This document shows, piece by piece, positions 38,306-51,159 of a DNA stretch of 64,000 nt. The stretch comes from Octopus vulgaris (taxonomy: Eukaryota). The notes below the pieces were generated by a model. The model was not told the DNA's origin, searched no databases, and was given only the letters and a program-made list of their open reading frames with translations. Every line of letters starts with the position of its first letter. Position 1 is the first letter of the stretch. The stretch spans positions 33,790,001 to 33,854,000 of the forward strand of contig OX597833.1 in NCBI GenBank assembly GCA_951406725.2, written 5' to 3'. The translations under genes and the position numbers were made by a program.

Positions 38306-38579
38306 TGGAAATATTAATTGAAATAACATGTGCGTGATACCACATGAAATAACATGTGCGTGATACCACGTATGTAAACATGAAGTTTTCCTTTAATGGT
38401 GATAAAGAAAATGGTAGAGATAATAATGGGAGTAATAATGGTAATAACAATAATAATACGCAGTGTCTTCACTATAGTTTCCGTAAGTGACCAAGAAAGC
38501 GCTGCAGATGTCATATATATTTTTCATATATATCCAAAACATTTTCTTTTGTTACCCTAGAGGTAAAGGACTTGCATGG

Positions 38580-40070
38580 AGGAATGGCAAGGAATCAGTA
38601 TAATGCAGAGGAGCCTTTATTAGAATAGGATATGACTGAGGAACAGAGGACCTAATGATAAGCCTCGAAGAAATAATCATTACAAGAACAGAGACCGAAC
38701 TAGTGAATTTGTGATGCTTCGACCGTGACAGTGTGAAACGAGTGACCCAAAATGTTGATGGAATCCTGAAGTATATTCCAACGAAAGATCTATCGGGAAA
38801 AAAAGGCTTGATTAAATCCGCTTCAAATTTGGTTGAACTGGTAGAAAAAAAAAGGAAGTCATGCGGACAGAAGAAGCCTGGAAGCGAAAGTGATATTAAA
38901 ACCTTGCGTAAAGACCTGAATTGCATAGAAGAATGGTCCAATGGGCAATGGAAATATTCTCAGGAAAATTTGAAGACATATTTTGAAACGAAATACCATA
39001 TAAAAATAATGGGTTCAAAACTGTTATTGAAATCCTAAAACAACGTATTCAAGTAAATGCATTGAAAATGCATTTGACAGAATTGTGATATGTGTTCAGT
39101 GTAGCGTGCAACGTTACACTGAATGCATATCACAGTTCCATCAAAACAGACTACTCATAAATAACGAGAGGCTGTTTTTAAGAGCATGGGTGGAGACACG
39201 AACAATATACCTCCTGAAGCAGAGTAAACCCGCCAGTTTTGGAATAACATCTACGAGCAAAATGTTTCACACAGCCTCAGTGCTGAGTGGATCCGAACTC
39301 CAGCAGCCCGAGACTCCAAGGCAGGATCATGTATCCTTAACAACGGAATATATAATTGCACAGGTATCGAAACTACAAAGCCAGGTGGAATCTAAGGCTA
39401 GTGACTCGAGTGATTTGGGTCAATAGAGAACGAATTGGTTTGCAATTAGACAATTGCCTACAGAATGGTTGCGGTTCCGGAATGGATAATAGAGGGAAAG
39501 ACAAAATAGTTGATGAAAGATCAGCCAAAGGGCAATGAAGTTGGCAATTTGCGACCCATTGCTTGTCTTAACCTCTTCTGCAAAGTGTTAACAGGCATCC
39601 TCGCAGGGAAAATATCTATACTTTCTTTACGGAAAACAATCTACTTCCAACATAACGAAAGAGAGGCCTAAATCCCACTTTCTGCAGTCCTACGCAAAGT
39701 CAACCCGCATTACGAGCTGAGGAAGAATAGACCTCGTCTCAACCACCTTCTCTTCGTGGATGATTTAAAACTGTTCGCAAAAACAGAGACTGAAATGGAG
39801 AGGCTGGCTGAGACTACAGATGTGCAGAATTCTGGATCTTAAGGTGTAAAGTGCTCACTTTGAAACGAGAGAAAAGAGCAGAGTGCATGGGCACAATTGT
39901 CAAACAGAAATTGAATGAGATGATGGTGGGTACAAGTACCTTGTGTTTCTGAAATTGGAAATATCTTGCATACAGGAGTGCATCGACAGTGAATAAAGGA
40001 ACTTGACACAGTATTTAGTAAACAGGGAACAAGATCAGCTACAATATGCTGCTAATGCAGAAGGGTTTTT
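38580..40070 (+). pseudogene. Decayed RLE-type LINE RT region
   Basis: NLRPIACLNLFCKVLTG, LNHLLFVDDLKLFAK and GYKYL remnants in shifting frames. Confidence 0.7.
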
Positions 40071-40293
40071 GTATTAGAGCTAGGTGTGATAATGATATTC
40101 CGATCACGAATACCCAATGTTACTATCGTTACTATCTCACCTGTTTGATGCCTCTTTAAGATTTTACTTGAAGATAGCGGATTATATGTTGTGATGTAAT
40201 CTATGAACACATGAACAAAATTCTACTGAAAGAGCTGTGGTAAATTTTAAACCCCATTTGTCTTCTTTATGTATATAGGCGCGGGCGTGGATG

Positions 40294-40325
<32 letters not shown>

Positions 40326-40599
40326 ATGTATGTATGTTTTTTCTGTTTACATGTATGCATGTAAACAGAAAGAATGCAAAAACTGAAGATTTTTAGGTGA
40401 TGAATATTCATGTATAAATTAATAAATATTTATATATTAATAGGTCGAGCTTACACAGAGTACAAACGACAGAGCAAATTAAAGGGAAAGCGATAAGGTG
40501 TTACAAATCCGGTAACTGTTTCGGGGGCACGGAGACTCATCATAGGTTACAGTATACATATAATTTGTATATCAAACCCAAGATGTTATATTCAGTTTG

Positions 40600-42750
40600 T
40601 TTATCGGCATAATTACCTCCATATCTGCTCACTTGGATTCCTCTTATAACTACTCTTTACCCCGCGGAATTGGTCCATCGTAAAGAGAATGAAGTCCAAG
40701 TTCGAATCATTGAGCGTTAATAAGTGTTTTCTATTTACATGTTTTTTATTGCTTTTTGTTACTTCGCTACCACATCTGCTTCCTGTGAGAAATTTTGTCA
40801 TTTCGGCCGGAGCTAGATTTAGTTCTAACTTCCATATTATGTCTGCGATTTCTTGGATGTTTAACACTTGCATTGAAAAACCTGCAGCATAAACTGATTT
40901 CAGCTCGTATTTCAATGCATCTAAATTGTTTTTATAGACATTCAAAGATGAAAACGCTTCCTTCGAAAATTTTTATCGTAAACGTGAAAAAGCTTCGGAT
41001 TCAACAATTCAACAAATTTGAACTCAAAGATATAAAACAACTATGCTTAAATCTTTGCTCAACGTGAACAATAACTTGATGCAAATTGTTGTTAAACAAA
41101 GTTCTTAAAACAGCTTCTGGTTCTTAATGTCAACCACGCTTCTCTGGTTGTTCAGCGACACCCTCCGGAAATCAATAGTAAATTTCTTCAAACTTGTTGT
41201 TCTTGATATTGTAGTGAGCCCTAGGATTTGGACCCTTTTCATTAAATTATCAGTTCACTATCATTAGTGAGCCACAGTTAGGGCACGCGATCTTAAATTG
41301 AACACTCTTTTCCCCCCACCAATCGGTTTGTATGAGATCAGATTACCAGTTAGAACATTATCTCCTTGGATTCACACTTTTTTCTTCACTAAATCAGTTT
41401 AGCGCTAGAAATCAACCAGAGTTCCCATGGCATTCGAAAAGAACACAATTCGGCTCTCGTCAAGCAAATTAAGGACAAAACTTCAACAAGATTCGGCAGT
41501 CGCGCGTCTTGAAGATAATTAATGGCCGAGTAATCGCAGTTAAGTCGATCCCTGTATCCTAGTCTCTCGACCAGTGAGAATTTGATAATTTATGTATGTA
41601 TTCATGTTCCGCCTTTCCTTAAATAAATCTGATGTTGAATATTCAAGAGTTTTACTTCTGTTTGAAATATTTGCAGTCAGCCTAATCGATTAATACAACA
41701 ATTACACCTACTACAACCATATCAACTACTTGTTTTTTTTTAAATTCTCGCCCTCATGAATGCAACTCAAAATATCAAGTGAAATTTTTTTGAAGAATCG
41801 AAAACAGAATCTCTGAGCTATTCAATAAGTTTACAAAAATCCCCAAAATATTTAACCTGAAAATTTCCTTGGATTGCAATGATCTCTTTGTCTGTACAAA
41901 TTCTGAAGCACTCCAATCCTCTGGATTTTCTAATGTGGTTGAAAATACCCTAGGAAACATAGGACAAAGTGGATGTTTGTCGAAATGAATGATTCCAACG
42001 TATCTCAGGTAACTTGGGAAATCGCCTTCCAACAATTTCATCCAGCAAGTCAATTCAAACTGTCGACTTTGAGGAAAAAGTCGAAATTCTTTTTTAAAAA
42101 TTGGAAGAAAATTCGACATTCACGAATACTTGAAGCTGATTGAGAGAGAACCAAATTAAGTGAATGTGCTATAACAATGTACAAGTTCTGTTAGTGATGA
42201 GGATTTTGTCTTTATTGTCACTGCCGTATCCCAAATATCTTTCTCGAGGCTTTTCTTTCTCCTCAACAAATCGCAAAACGTAAGACGGTTGGGGTTTCAT
42301 TCGAAAGTCTATTGTCTCATCACACATAACTGCAACAAAAGCTGGGGGGGGTTCAATTATTGGCTTAATTACACCTTCCATATAATTGAATGATTTCGTT
42401 TTGAATATCACTTTCAAGTAATATTCATTTTCAATATCGCTTGCAAGTCCAGGAAATGTGTTCTTATGCTGAGAAAATAAAAGACATGGGAAGCAGAAAA
42501 ATTTGTTCAAAACGGAACATCCCGTCATTCGTTCATACTATTCATGATACTTTGAATCAAAATAACGATGACATTCCATGCTTCCCACGTTGCTTTTGAT
42601 TTTTATTTCAAGCTTTGGTTTATCTGTTCCGCCAATGATAATATTCTTCTTGTTTCAACGGTCGGGAAGGTAGAGAGGAAACTGAACTAATTTGCCCTTT
42701 TGCCATCCCTGAGGTGAATGAAAGCGTGAAAAATATAAATGGGTTATGAT
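40600..42750 (-). mobile_element. Decayed hAT transposon (ZMYM1/TTF-type transposase)
   Basis: GCSVLNKFFCFPCLLFS (TTF zinc finger), FVAVMCDETID..PQPSYVLRFV (first catalytic D), C-terminal dimerisation-domain remnant. Confidence 0.7.
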
Positions 42751-42779
42751 CTTTTTAAATGAATCGATGTTTTCTGCTA

Positions 42780-44071
42780 CGAGGGACGATCAATAAGTAA
42801 TGCCCCTGACCCATTTACAGTTGTTTGATCTAGCTGAAATTTTGCATGTAAAATCATTTCTATCTCTATAGATTCAGTGGCAAATTACAGCTCTGAACTA
42901 ATTGTGGTTTCTGATTTACAGGTGTTTGAACTGAGTCAAGTGTGAAATGGAGCCTGTTGGGTGTCGAGCAGTGATCCGGTTTTTGTATTTGAAAGGACGC
43001 ACACCACGGGAGACTTTTGATGAAATGAAAGTAACTTATGGTAATGATGCGCCATCATATGACCTTGTAAAACGCTGGCATCGTGAATTCAAACATGGTC
43101 GGAACTCTGTGGAAACAGCTCCCAGATCTAGTCGCCCCCTTTCTGCCATTGATGAGGCATCTGTCCGTCAAGTTGAGGCTGCCATTTTGGAAGATCGACG
43201 CATAACTATTCGCCAAATAGCCTATGAGGTCAAGATTAGTACCGGGTCTGTGGAAACTATCTTTCATGACCATTTGCATATGCAAAAGGTGTCTGCCAGA
43301 TGGATTCCCAGGTTGCTCACACCTTTCCAGAAGCAAGAACGCGTTGAGTGCTCGAGGATGAATTTGGAGATGTGCCAAGAAGATGAGTCAAAATGTTTCA
43401 AAAGACTGATTACACAGGATGAAACCTGGGTCCATCACTATGATCTAGAGACCAAAGCCCAGTCAATGCAGTGGAAGCACTGTGACTCACCTCCTCCAAA
43501 GAAGGCAAGGGTGCAGCCCTCCGCTGGTAAGGTCATGCTCACAGTCTTCTGGGACCAGGACGGAATAGTGATGACAGGTTTCCTGGCAAAGGGTACCACA
43601 ATTACAGGAGCCTATTATGCTTCACTTTTGAGGAAATTAAGAGAAGCTATCAAAATCAAGAGGCGGAGCAAGATCAGCAAATGCATCCTCCTCCTGCAGG
43701 ACAACGCTCCGGTCCACAACTCGCGTGTTGCCAGATCAGAAGCACAGGCGTATGGCTATGAACTCCTCCCCCATCCCCCAACTCTCCTGACCTTGCACTC
43801 TCTGATTTTCACCTCTTCCCAACCATGAGGTTGTTTTTGAAAGGAAAGCGTTTCCCAGATGATACAGCCTTGATTTCTGAAGTCACGTCGTGGTTGGAGG
43901 ACCAGGCTGGGGTCTTCTACAAAAACGGTCTCCAGAGCTGCACCAAACGATGGGAGAAATGCGTAACTCCGGGTGGTTCCTATGTAGAAAAAGACTAATA
44001 TCTGTGCCAAGTTTCGTTGCTCTACTGCTATGAGCAGTGGGTCAGGGGCATTACTTATTGAACGCCCCTCG
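42780..44071 (+). mobile_element. Mariner transposon, full length
   Basis: TA|CGAGGGACGATCAATAAGTAATGCCCCTGACCCA ... TGGGTCAGGGGCATTACTTATTGAACGCCCCTCG|TA; 1292 bp. Confidence 0.97.
42947..43998 (+). pseudogene. Mariner D,D34D transposase with one frameshift near 43780
   Basis: HTH, WIPRLL, DETW, QDNA; SPDLALSDFHLF...YVEKD* continues in a shifted frame after HPP. Confidence 0.93.
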
Positions 44072-44286
44072 TAGCAAATAATTGTGGTACTACTTTACTT
44101 TTTTACGTAACCTTTTTTATTAAAAAAAGAGTAACTTTAAATAATTAAAATTAAATTTTAAAGCATTGGTATGGATAAATGGATGAAAACTATACTTTTT
44201 AATCACAAAAAAAAAATGTCGGTTTAGTGAATTCGGGGCTTAAGAAGGTATCAAGAATATTCTCTCAAGGTTAAATCTATTTAAAA

Positions 44287-44417
44287 AGCAGGCATAACTG
44301 TATGGTAAGAAGTCTGCTTTCCAACCACATGCTTCCAGGTTCAGTCCCGCTGCTATAGCCTCGAGCCGACCAAATCCTTGTGAGTGGAATTGTTAGAGGG
44401 AAACTGAAACAAGTCCG

Positions 44418-44476
<59 letters not shown>

Positions 44477-44640
44477 CTTGACGACCGGTTTGGTGTGTTT
44501 AAGTTCCTATTAACCTAGCAGTTCGGCACGAGACCCCGAAAGAATAAGTACCAAGCTTTAGAAAAAGTCCTGGGGTCGATTCATTCGACTAAATGTTTTT
44601 CAATGTGGTGCCCCAGTATGACTGAAACAAGTAAAATAGA
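44287..44640 (+). mobile_element. SINE family B with internal (TG)n
   Basis: Head GGCATAACTGTATGGTAAGAAG...GGTTCAGTCCC; tail GACTGAAACAAGTAAAA. Confidence 0.85.
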
Positions 44641-44916
44641 ATAAATGAAATATGTACTCTTCGATAACGAATAATCATACGAAATAAACCAGAAACAGCA
44701 ATAAAACAAACTTGCGAATTGACTAAATATCCGTTTCTCATCTAAATCTGTTTAACTGTGAAGGAGGCTAAAGCCTTTGAATAAGTAAGTTTTTTTTTTT
44801 TATCTCCTGAAAAGGACAGTAAAACATTAGCACTTAGATATATGTTGACAGCGTGTCTGCTGGCTTAACAGGACTTGAAAGCAAGCAGTAAAAGATCTGA
44901 TTTCTCTTTCTTTCTT

Positions 44917-44977
<61 letters not shown>

Positions 44978-45540
44978 GACCACGACCACTCATTCATTTG
45001 TTTTGTCATTTTTTTTAATGCTTCCTTCTCGAAAAGAATAATAGACGACGAAGAAAATAGCTCCACTGCTCTTACTACGAAAGTAAACAGAAATAATTTG
45101 CTTTTCTTTTCTTTTCTCTCTGTTGACCACTCGTTTGTTTTGTCTCTCGTTTTGACGCTCTCATCTCGAAAAGAATTATAGAATCCCCCAAAAAAAAACC
45201 AATACCATTGCTCTTACTAACTATGACTGAAAAGAAGCAGAAAAAATTACTCTCCTTTTTCTATAAGAACTGGAAAGCAATTAATTCATTGCTTTTCCTT
45301 CTTTTCTCGAGAAGCAAACTGGAGCTTTATCTATTTACACTTGTTATATAATATCGATTGTTAATGATTTTTACTAAGAAATGAAGCAATGAGAGGTGAA
45401 AAAAATGTCACGAGTACAATGGGGATAGTGAAAATTATCAACAATTAATTTTATATTACACAAACATTATTTAGCCTAGAAAAATAGTTAGGCGGGCAAT
45501 GCATGCTTTGCATACATAGACCCTCCGACCCTGATGTATA

Positions 45541-45654
<114 letters not shown>

Positions 45655-46559
45655 TGTATAGGCATCTTTTATCTCATAATTCCTAAATTTCAAATTCCTA
45701 CTTCTAATTCTGCCAAATATTGTGAGCAAAATTATCTCCCTTTTAATATATGTCCAAGAGGGAAGACATATATGTGTGCGTTTGCGTATGTCTGTGCCTC
45801 GATGTGTATGTATGCGGGTGTGTCTCGATGTGTGTGTATGCGGGTGTGTATGTATATGTATAAATGTATATATGCATGTGTTTATATATGCATTCACACA
45901 CACATACACACAGATACACACACACATACACACAGATACACACACACATTACGAGATACATATTAGAAAGTTGTGCATGAGCAAGAGAGAGAGGGTATTA
46001 AAAAAAGACTGAAGGTCAAGTTAAAACAGAGTTTGACGTAACAAACCAAGAACATTTCAGTACCTTACATCAACACTTTCACTCAGTTGCTACTCCATCA
46101 CAAATTTCAGTATTTCTATATTTCCCTTCTTGGCTCATCCCAGTTTTACCCCCAGGGGACTTTTACTTCATGGTTGCATCTGGGTCGCCATGCGAAATTT
46201 GGTAATGACATCGCAAACGTTATGCATAGCAAAGTATAAATAAAATGCAGTTGACTTAAGAAATTCGTCTACTGTGTAGGTCGCTGATCAGAACTCCAAT
46301 CGAATCACTGTGATTCGTTGGGCGGGAAAAGCAATACACTAAACGAGGAAAAATTTATGCTAATCTGCTTTGGAAAAAACGGATCTACATAAAGAAACAC
46401 CCTTCATTCGGTAGAGCATCTCATGGACCGAATCACATTAGATACTTTGTCCTCTCAACGATTAGCCGGAGATGATTTTTAAAATGAGAATATTTGAAAT
46501 AAACTCGAATGCTCTCACAAACGAGAATACTAAAAATGAACCCGATCGCTCTCAAAAAT

Positions 46560-46845
46560 TAAGTTAAAAAATGAAAAAACATCCCAATGGTAGTCATGGA
46601 ATGTGAAGGTGGGTGTGCGGACTGTGTTTGTAATGCTGTATGTGTGTCGTCAGCAGTAGGGACAGGGACAGTTTTCTCTATGAAGGCCTTTATTAGTCTT
46701 TCAACTGATTTAGTGTCTTTACGACCATTAAGGTCTATAGTGAAAAATTTATCCGTGCGTGTAAGAAAACGGAAAGGACCAGCATACGGTGTTGTTAAAG
46801 GAGGTTTAACAACATCGTTGCGCACAAAAACGGGAGTCCAAGAGT
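46560..46845 (-). pseudogene. Gypsy integrase C-terminal (GPY/F) fragment
   Basis: VFVRNDVVKPPLTTPYAGPFRFL.RTDKFFTIDLNGRKDTKSVERL. Confidence 0.75.
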
Positions 46846-46854
46846 AAAGCTTCC

Positions 46855-47083
46855 TTATTTCTTTACTGCCCACAAAGGGCTACACACAGAGGGGACAAAC
46901 GGATTAAGTCGATTATATCGACCCCAGTGCGTAACTGGTACTTATTTAATCGACCCCGAAAGGATGAAAGGCAAAGTCGACCTCGGCGGAATTTGGACTC
47001 AGAACGTAGAGGCAGACGAAATACCGCTAAGCATTTCGCTCGGCGTGCTAACGTTTCTGCCAGCTCGCCGCCTTTACAGCGTA
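46855..47083 (-). mobile_element. Young full-length family-A SINE with 15-bp TSD
   Basis: AAGAGTAAAGCTTCC at 46840-46854 and 47084-47098. Confidence 0.93.
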
Positions 47084-47639
47084 AAGAGTAAAGCTTCCGT
47101 CAAGGCAGAGCTAAAGATGGAATTGTCAAGTAGATAAGAGGTTTTAAACAGGAGTGATATATCCAAAATTGGTAAAACTAAAAATTGTCGAGGATAAATT
47201 AAATTATTATTGTTATTTAATTTCTGAACTGTTTTGCTGCCGTTTGTTTATGTAGTTTCATTTCTTTATCCATCAGTTTCTACTAAGATAGAGACGCGAG
47301 TAAAATTAATAATAGAGAAACGAAAATAAAACTTTAGAAACAGAAACGCCGCCATAACTTACGTGGAAACCATGAGCGTGCTTTCAAGGGAGATAATCAG
47401 AGAAAGACTTGAAGATCAACGTAAGATCGTTATACTTCATGTAAAGTAAAGTAAATATAACAAATTATACAGAATCCTTGTCCAGTAACGGATCTATCCT
47501 AATATCTAATCAGTTCGTGCCAATCACGAGGCCAAACAACCATGAAAGTTTCATCCTAATACATCCAGCGAGATATCTTGTGATATCTTGTCCACAGACA
47601 AACAGACAAATATGACTCGCTAAGGCGGAGGTAATAATA

Positions 47640-47948
47640 ATTTCTAATCGATGTATCAATACCAACACATGACAACGTTTCTCTAAAAGAAATGGAGAAA
47701 CTTTCAAAATACAAAGATCTGGGAATAGAGGTAACTCGAATGTGGAGTCTAAAACCAGAAACAATTCCTATCTTGTAGGCGCGTTAGGTATGAAAAAAAA
47801 TATTCAGACAAACGCATAACAAAAACAGCAGGACTTACAAGTATATATAACATACAGAAAACAGCACTACTAGGCACCGCGCACAACCCAGCACATAGAT
47901 GCGCTCGGTAGTACAGTGAAAGCACGTGATACGAATAAGGCTACTGAC
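47640..47948 (+). mobile_element. Dong/R4-like LINE 3' end
   Basis: Homologous to 36258-36634; followed by (TAA)n. Confidence 0.85.
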
Positions 47949-47967
47949 TAATAATAATAATGAATAC

Positions 47968-48026
<59 letters not shown>

Positions 48027-48757
48027 TAATAATAATGATAATGATGATGATGATGATGATGATGATGATCCTACACTTTACTTCACACAAGGATATGGAG
48101 ACACACATCCATACATAGCGACACAGTACAAAAACCGACACACAGTCACAACCGATACATAGTCACAAAAACCGATACACAGACACACTCTGACATGTAC
48201 ACACAAGGAGACAGAGGTACACACACACATACAAAAAAAAACACATGAATATGCAGAATGCATACATACAAACGAGCATACATACATACTTATACACACA
48301 CGCATACATATACACACACGCACATACACGCATGCAACAAGGTATGCGATAAGGAAGAAAGAAAAGTTGAGAGATATGACAGGTTATTTGAGGAAGTTAA
48401 GCAGTTGTGGTTGATGAAAAAGGTAACAGTAGTACCAATAACTGTCGGAGCCCCGGGAACAGTGAGCAAAAATCTCGAGAAGTACGTGGAACAAATAGGG
48501 GCTGCAATAAGGATGGAGCACTTGCAGAAAACTGCACTGCTTGGAACCGCCCGAATACTCCGAATACTCCGGAAGCTGCTCGAAAGATAAGAGGTGTTGC
48601 CTTAGTTCACTGCTGACACCGCAGTACATCTGCACTAGAAGCTGTGCAAAGGCAATAATAATAATAATAATAATAATAATCCAACCTGTTGCCTCTTGAG
48701 GTCTCTGGGTGAGACTTGGAGCCAACTTGTACAAATATAAAGCAAAAGTCAAACATA

Positions 48758-48846
<89 letters not shown>

Positions 48847-48848
<2 letters not shown>

Positions 48849-49244
48849 GATGGGCTACAGCAAATATTCTGCTCAATACCACAAATTTGCTTGTCAGTTG
48901 TTTGACCTTAGCCAGTTGACCATGTCCCTTAGTGGCTGACAATATGTGCCCCCGATAACGTGCAGAAGTAGTGGGGGAACATCATAACCATGTGTTGAGA
49001 GATATTCTTTGGGGTTTGAATATTTCACCTCTGGAAACATGGGTGTTTCGTTCAACATCTTTAAATAACTTTTATTCAGGGACCTTTTGAGCAGGATGGG
49101 TTACTCATCCAGAAGAACATTCTAACTGGGCCCCACCTGCAAGGTCATGTGCTGTTTATCTTGATATGAGATCAGCATGTCGCGCACATATGGTTGTGAT
49201 GCATGTGCCTGGTGTACCCTTATCAGACGGGTAGTCATTATGGG
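48847..49244. mobile_element. (TAA)n-associated repeat, copy 3, interrupted by an LTR
   Basis: Homology to copies 1 and 2 stops at GTCATTATGGG|TGTTAC. Confidence 0.82.
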
Positions 49245-49450
49245 TGTTACACATTCATATCTATGTGTATACGTGCATCCCCACTCTTGGCACTATTTTG
49301 TTAGTGAATAGTACGAACTGTGTGTAAAGTATATAATGTATTACTACGCTGAATGTCGAGTCCGTGTAACATGAAATGTCAAACACGAAAACAATAACAA
49401 TGGTTTTCATTTGGTTGTCTATCCCATCAGAACCCAAACTACACACAACA
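49245..49450 (+). mobile_element. Putative 5' LTR (TG...CA)
   Basis: Begins TGTTAC at the homology breakpoint and ends ACAACA immediately before the PBS; no partner LTR was found. Confidence 0.65.
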
Positions 49451-49468
49451 TGGTGGCAGCGGTGGGAT
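49451..49468 (+). promoter_or_regulatory. Primer binding site complementary to the tRNA-Leu 3' end
   Basis: TGGTGGCAGCGGTGGGAT is the reverse complement of AUCCCACCGCUGCCA-CCA, the 3' end of metazoan tRNA-Leu(AAG). Confidence 0.85.
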
Positions 49469-49667
49469 AGACCACCAAATGAAAACCATTGTTATTGTTT
49501 ACGTGTTTATTGACTTTTCATGATTAGGGGGACACACAAAGGGAAAACAATCGAGTGTACATTTTATGTCACAAGAACAGAAGGCCCAGCAATTCTTGGA
49601 CTCGATACCTGCAGGAGGTTAAATATTGTGTCGGTCAATGCTGAAGTGAAAGCAGCTCCAAGCAGGA

Positions 49668-51059
49668 TTGAGTGATATGCCTATCAAAGACCGACCACCA
49701 ATCACAAACAAACAGGAGATGGAAGGACTAAGCATAAAGGTCCACCACATTGTAAATGTGACAACCACAAAGCTAGCAGAAATCAAAGAGGAGACCAGCA
49801 AAGATGAAGAACTTCAGCTCCTTACTCAGATGGTGATTCAGGGGTGGCCAGAAAAGAGACATCAGGTGCAACCCCTGATTCGTGAATATTGGGCCATCCA
49901 TGATGATATATCAGTGGAGAATGGGATCCTGATGGCTGGATCCCGAATAATTATACCCAAGCCAATGCAAGAAGAGATTCTTGACAAGATCCACCAAGGG
50001 CATCTCGGAATGGAAAAATGCAAGCTCCGAGCCAAGTCAGCAGTATATTGGGTAGGCATGTACAAAGACATAGAAAAGACAGTTTCTACATGCCACATCT
50101 GTCAAAAGTACAGAAACTCACAACAAAAGGAGGAAATGATATCTAGTGACATCCCAAGAAGGCCATGGCAAACTATTGGAGTAGATCTGTTCACAGAGGG
50201 CCAAGAATGGTATTTGGTAATGGCCTGCTACTACTCCAAATTTCCATTTGTGAGAAAAGTGAAAGATCTGACAGCCAAAACAATCACTGCAGTGGCTCGA
50301 GGACTTCTAGCAGAGCAAGGAATACCAGAGCAGATCATATGTGACAATGGAACCCAGTTCACGGCACAAGAATTCAAAAAGCTAGCCGATGAGTATGGGT
50401 TCAATATTACAACTTCATCTCCACACTACCCCAAAGGCCATGGGTTTATAGAAAGACAGGTGCAGACAGTGAAGAGAACACTAGTCAAATGCCGAGAGAC
50501 TAAGGAAGACCCACACCTGGCACTTCTGTCCCTACGAGCGACACCACTGAGAGCTGATATGAAATCCCCAGCAGAATTGCTGAATGGCAGGAAGTACAAA
50601 ACTACCCTGCCAACTAAGATCCAACCTCCTATTGACCAGGAAGAGACAAGGGCAAAGCTAGCAGCCACTCAAGAACAATCACAGAGGTATTACAACAAAC
50701 ATGCACAATATTTACCTGAGATACTTGGAGGACAACATGTGCATACTCAAGATCCCATAACTAAAACATGGATCCCAGCACAGGTTGTCAGTAGAGCTGA
50801 AACTCCAAGATCATATATAATAGAAACGGAATCTGGTAGGCAGCTGAGACGCAACGGGGCCCACATCCGCCCAACACCAGAGCTGTTGAGGACAACATGT
50901 ACAACACCTGCTGCATTAGTGACAACACCCGCAGAATCATCACCCCAACGTGCACCAACCACCTATCAGCAGCCAAACAACACACCTCAGACACCGGTGC
51001 GAAGCACAAGATCCACCAGATGGAGAAAGAACATTCTGCCACTGGTTCGATACCGTTAA
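49668..51059 (+). CDS. Ty3/Gypsy integrase (open frame, 463 aa) of an internally deleted element
   Basis: HHCC (IHQGHLG...CHIC), D(LF)-D(NG)-E(R) triad, YPKGHG; upstream protease tail GPAILGLDTC; purine tract after the stop. No ATG start at 49668. Confidence 0.9.
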   Translation: MSDMPIKDRPPITNKQEMEGLSIKVHHIVNVTTTKLAEIKEETSKDEELQLLTQMVIQGWPEKRHQVQPLIREYWAIHDDISVENGILMAGSRIIIPKPMQEEILDKIHQGHLGMEKCKLRAKSAVYWVGMYKDIEKTVSTCHICQKYRNSQQKEEMISSDIPRRPWQTIGVDLFTEGQEWYLVMACYYSKFPFVRKVKDLTAKTITAVARGLLAEQGIPEQIICDNGTQFTAQEFKKLADEYGFNITTSSPHYPKGHGFIERQVQTVKRTLVKCRETKEDPHLALLSLRATPLRADMKSPAELLNGRKYKTTLPTKIQPPIDQEETRAKLAATQEQSQRYYNKHAQYLPEILGGQHVHTQDPITKTWIPAQVVSRAETPRSYIIETESGRQLRRNGAHIRPTPELLRTTCTTPAALVTTPAESSPQRAPTTYQQPNNTPQTPVRSTRSTRWRKNILPLVRYR

Positions 51060-51159
51060 AGAAAAAAGGTGGTGGTGGTGGTGGTGGTGGTGGTGGTTTT
51101 GGTGGTGGTGATGATCATGATCATGATTATTTCTTTTATTAGCCACTGAGACATAGATG

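Noticed and set aside
40500-40552. Minus-strand AUGAUGAG...CGAAACAGUU
   Set aside because: Possibly a decayed hammerhead in a PLE tail, but C3 is lost and the stems do not pair convincingly.
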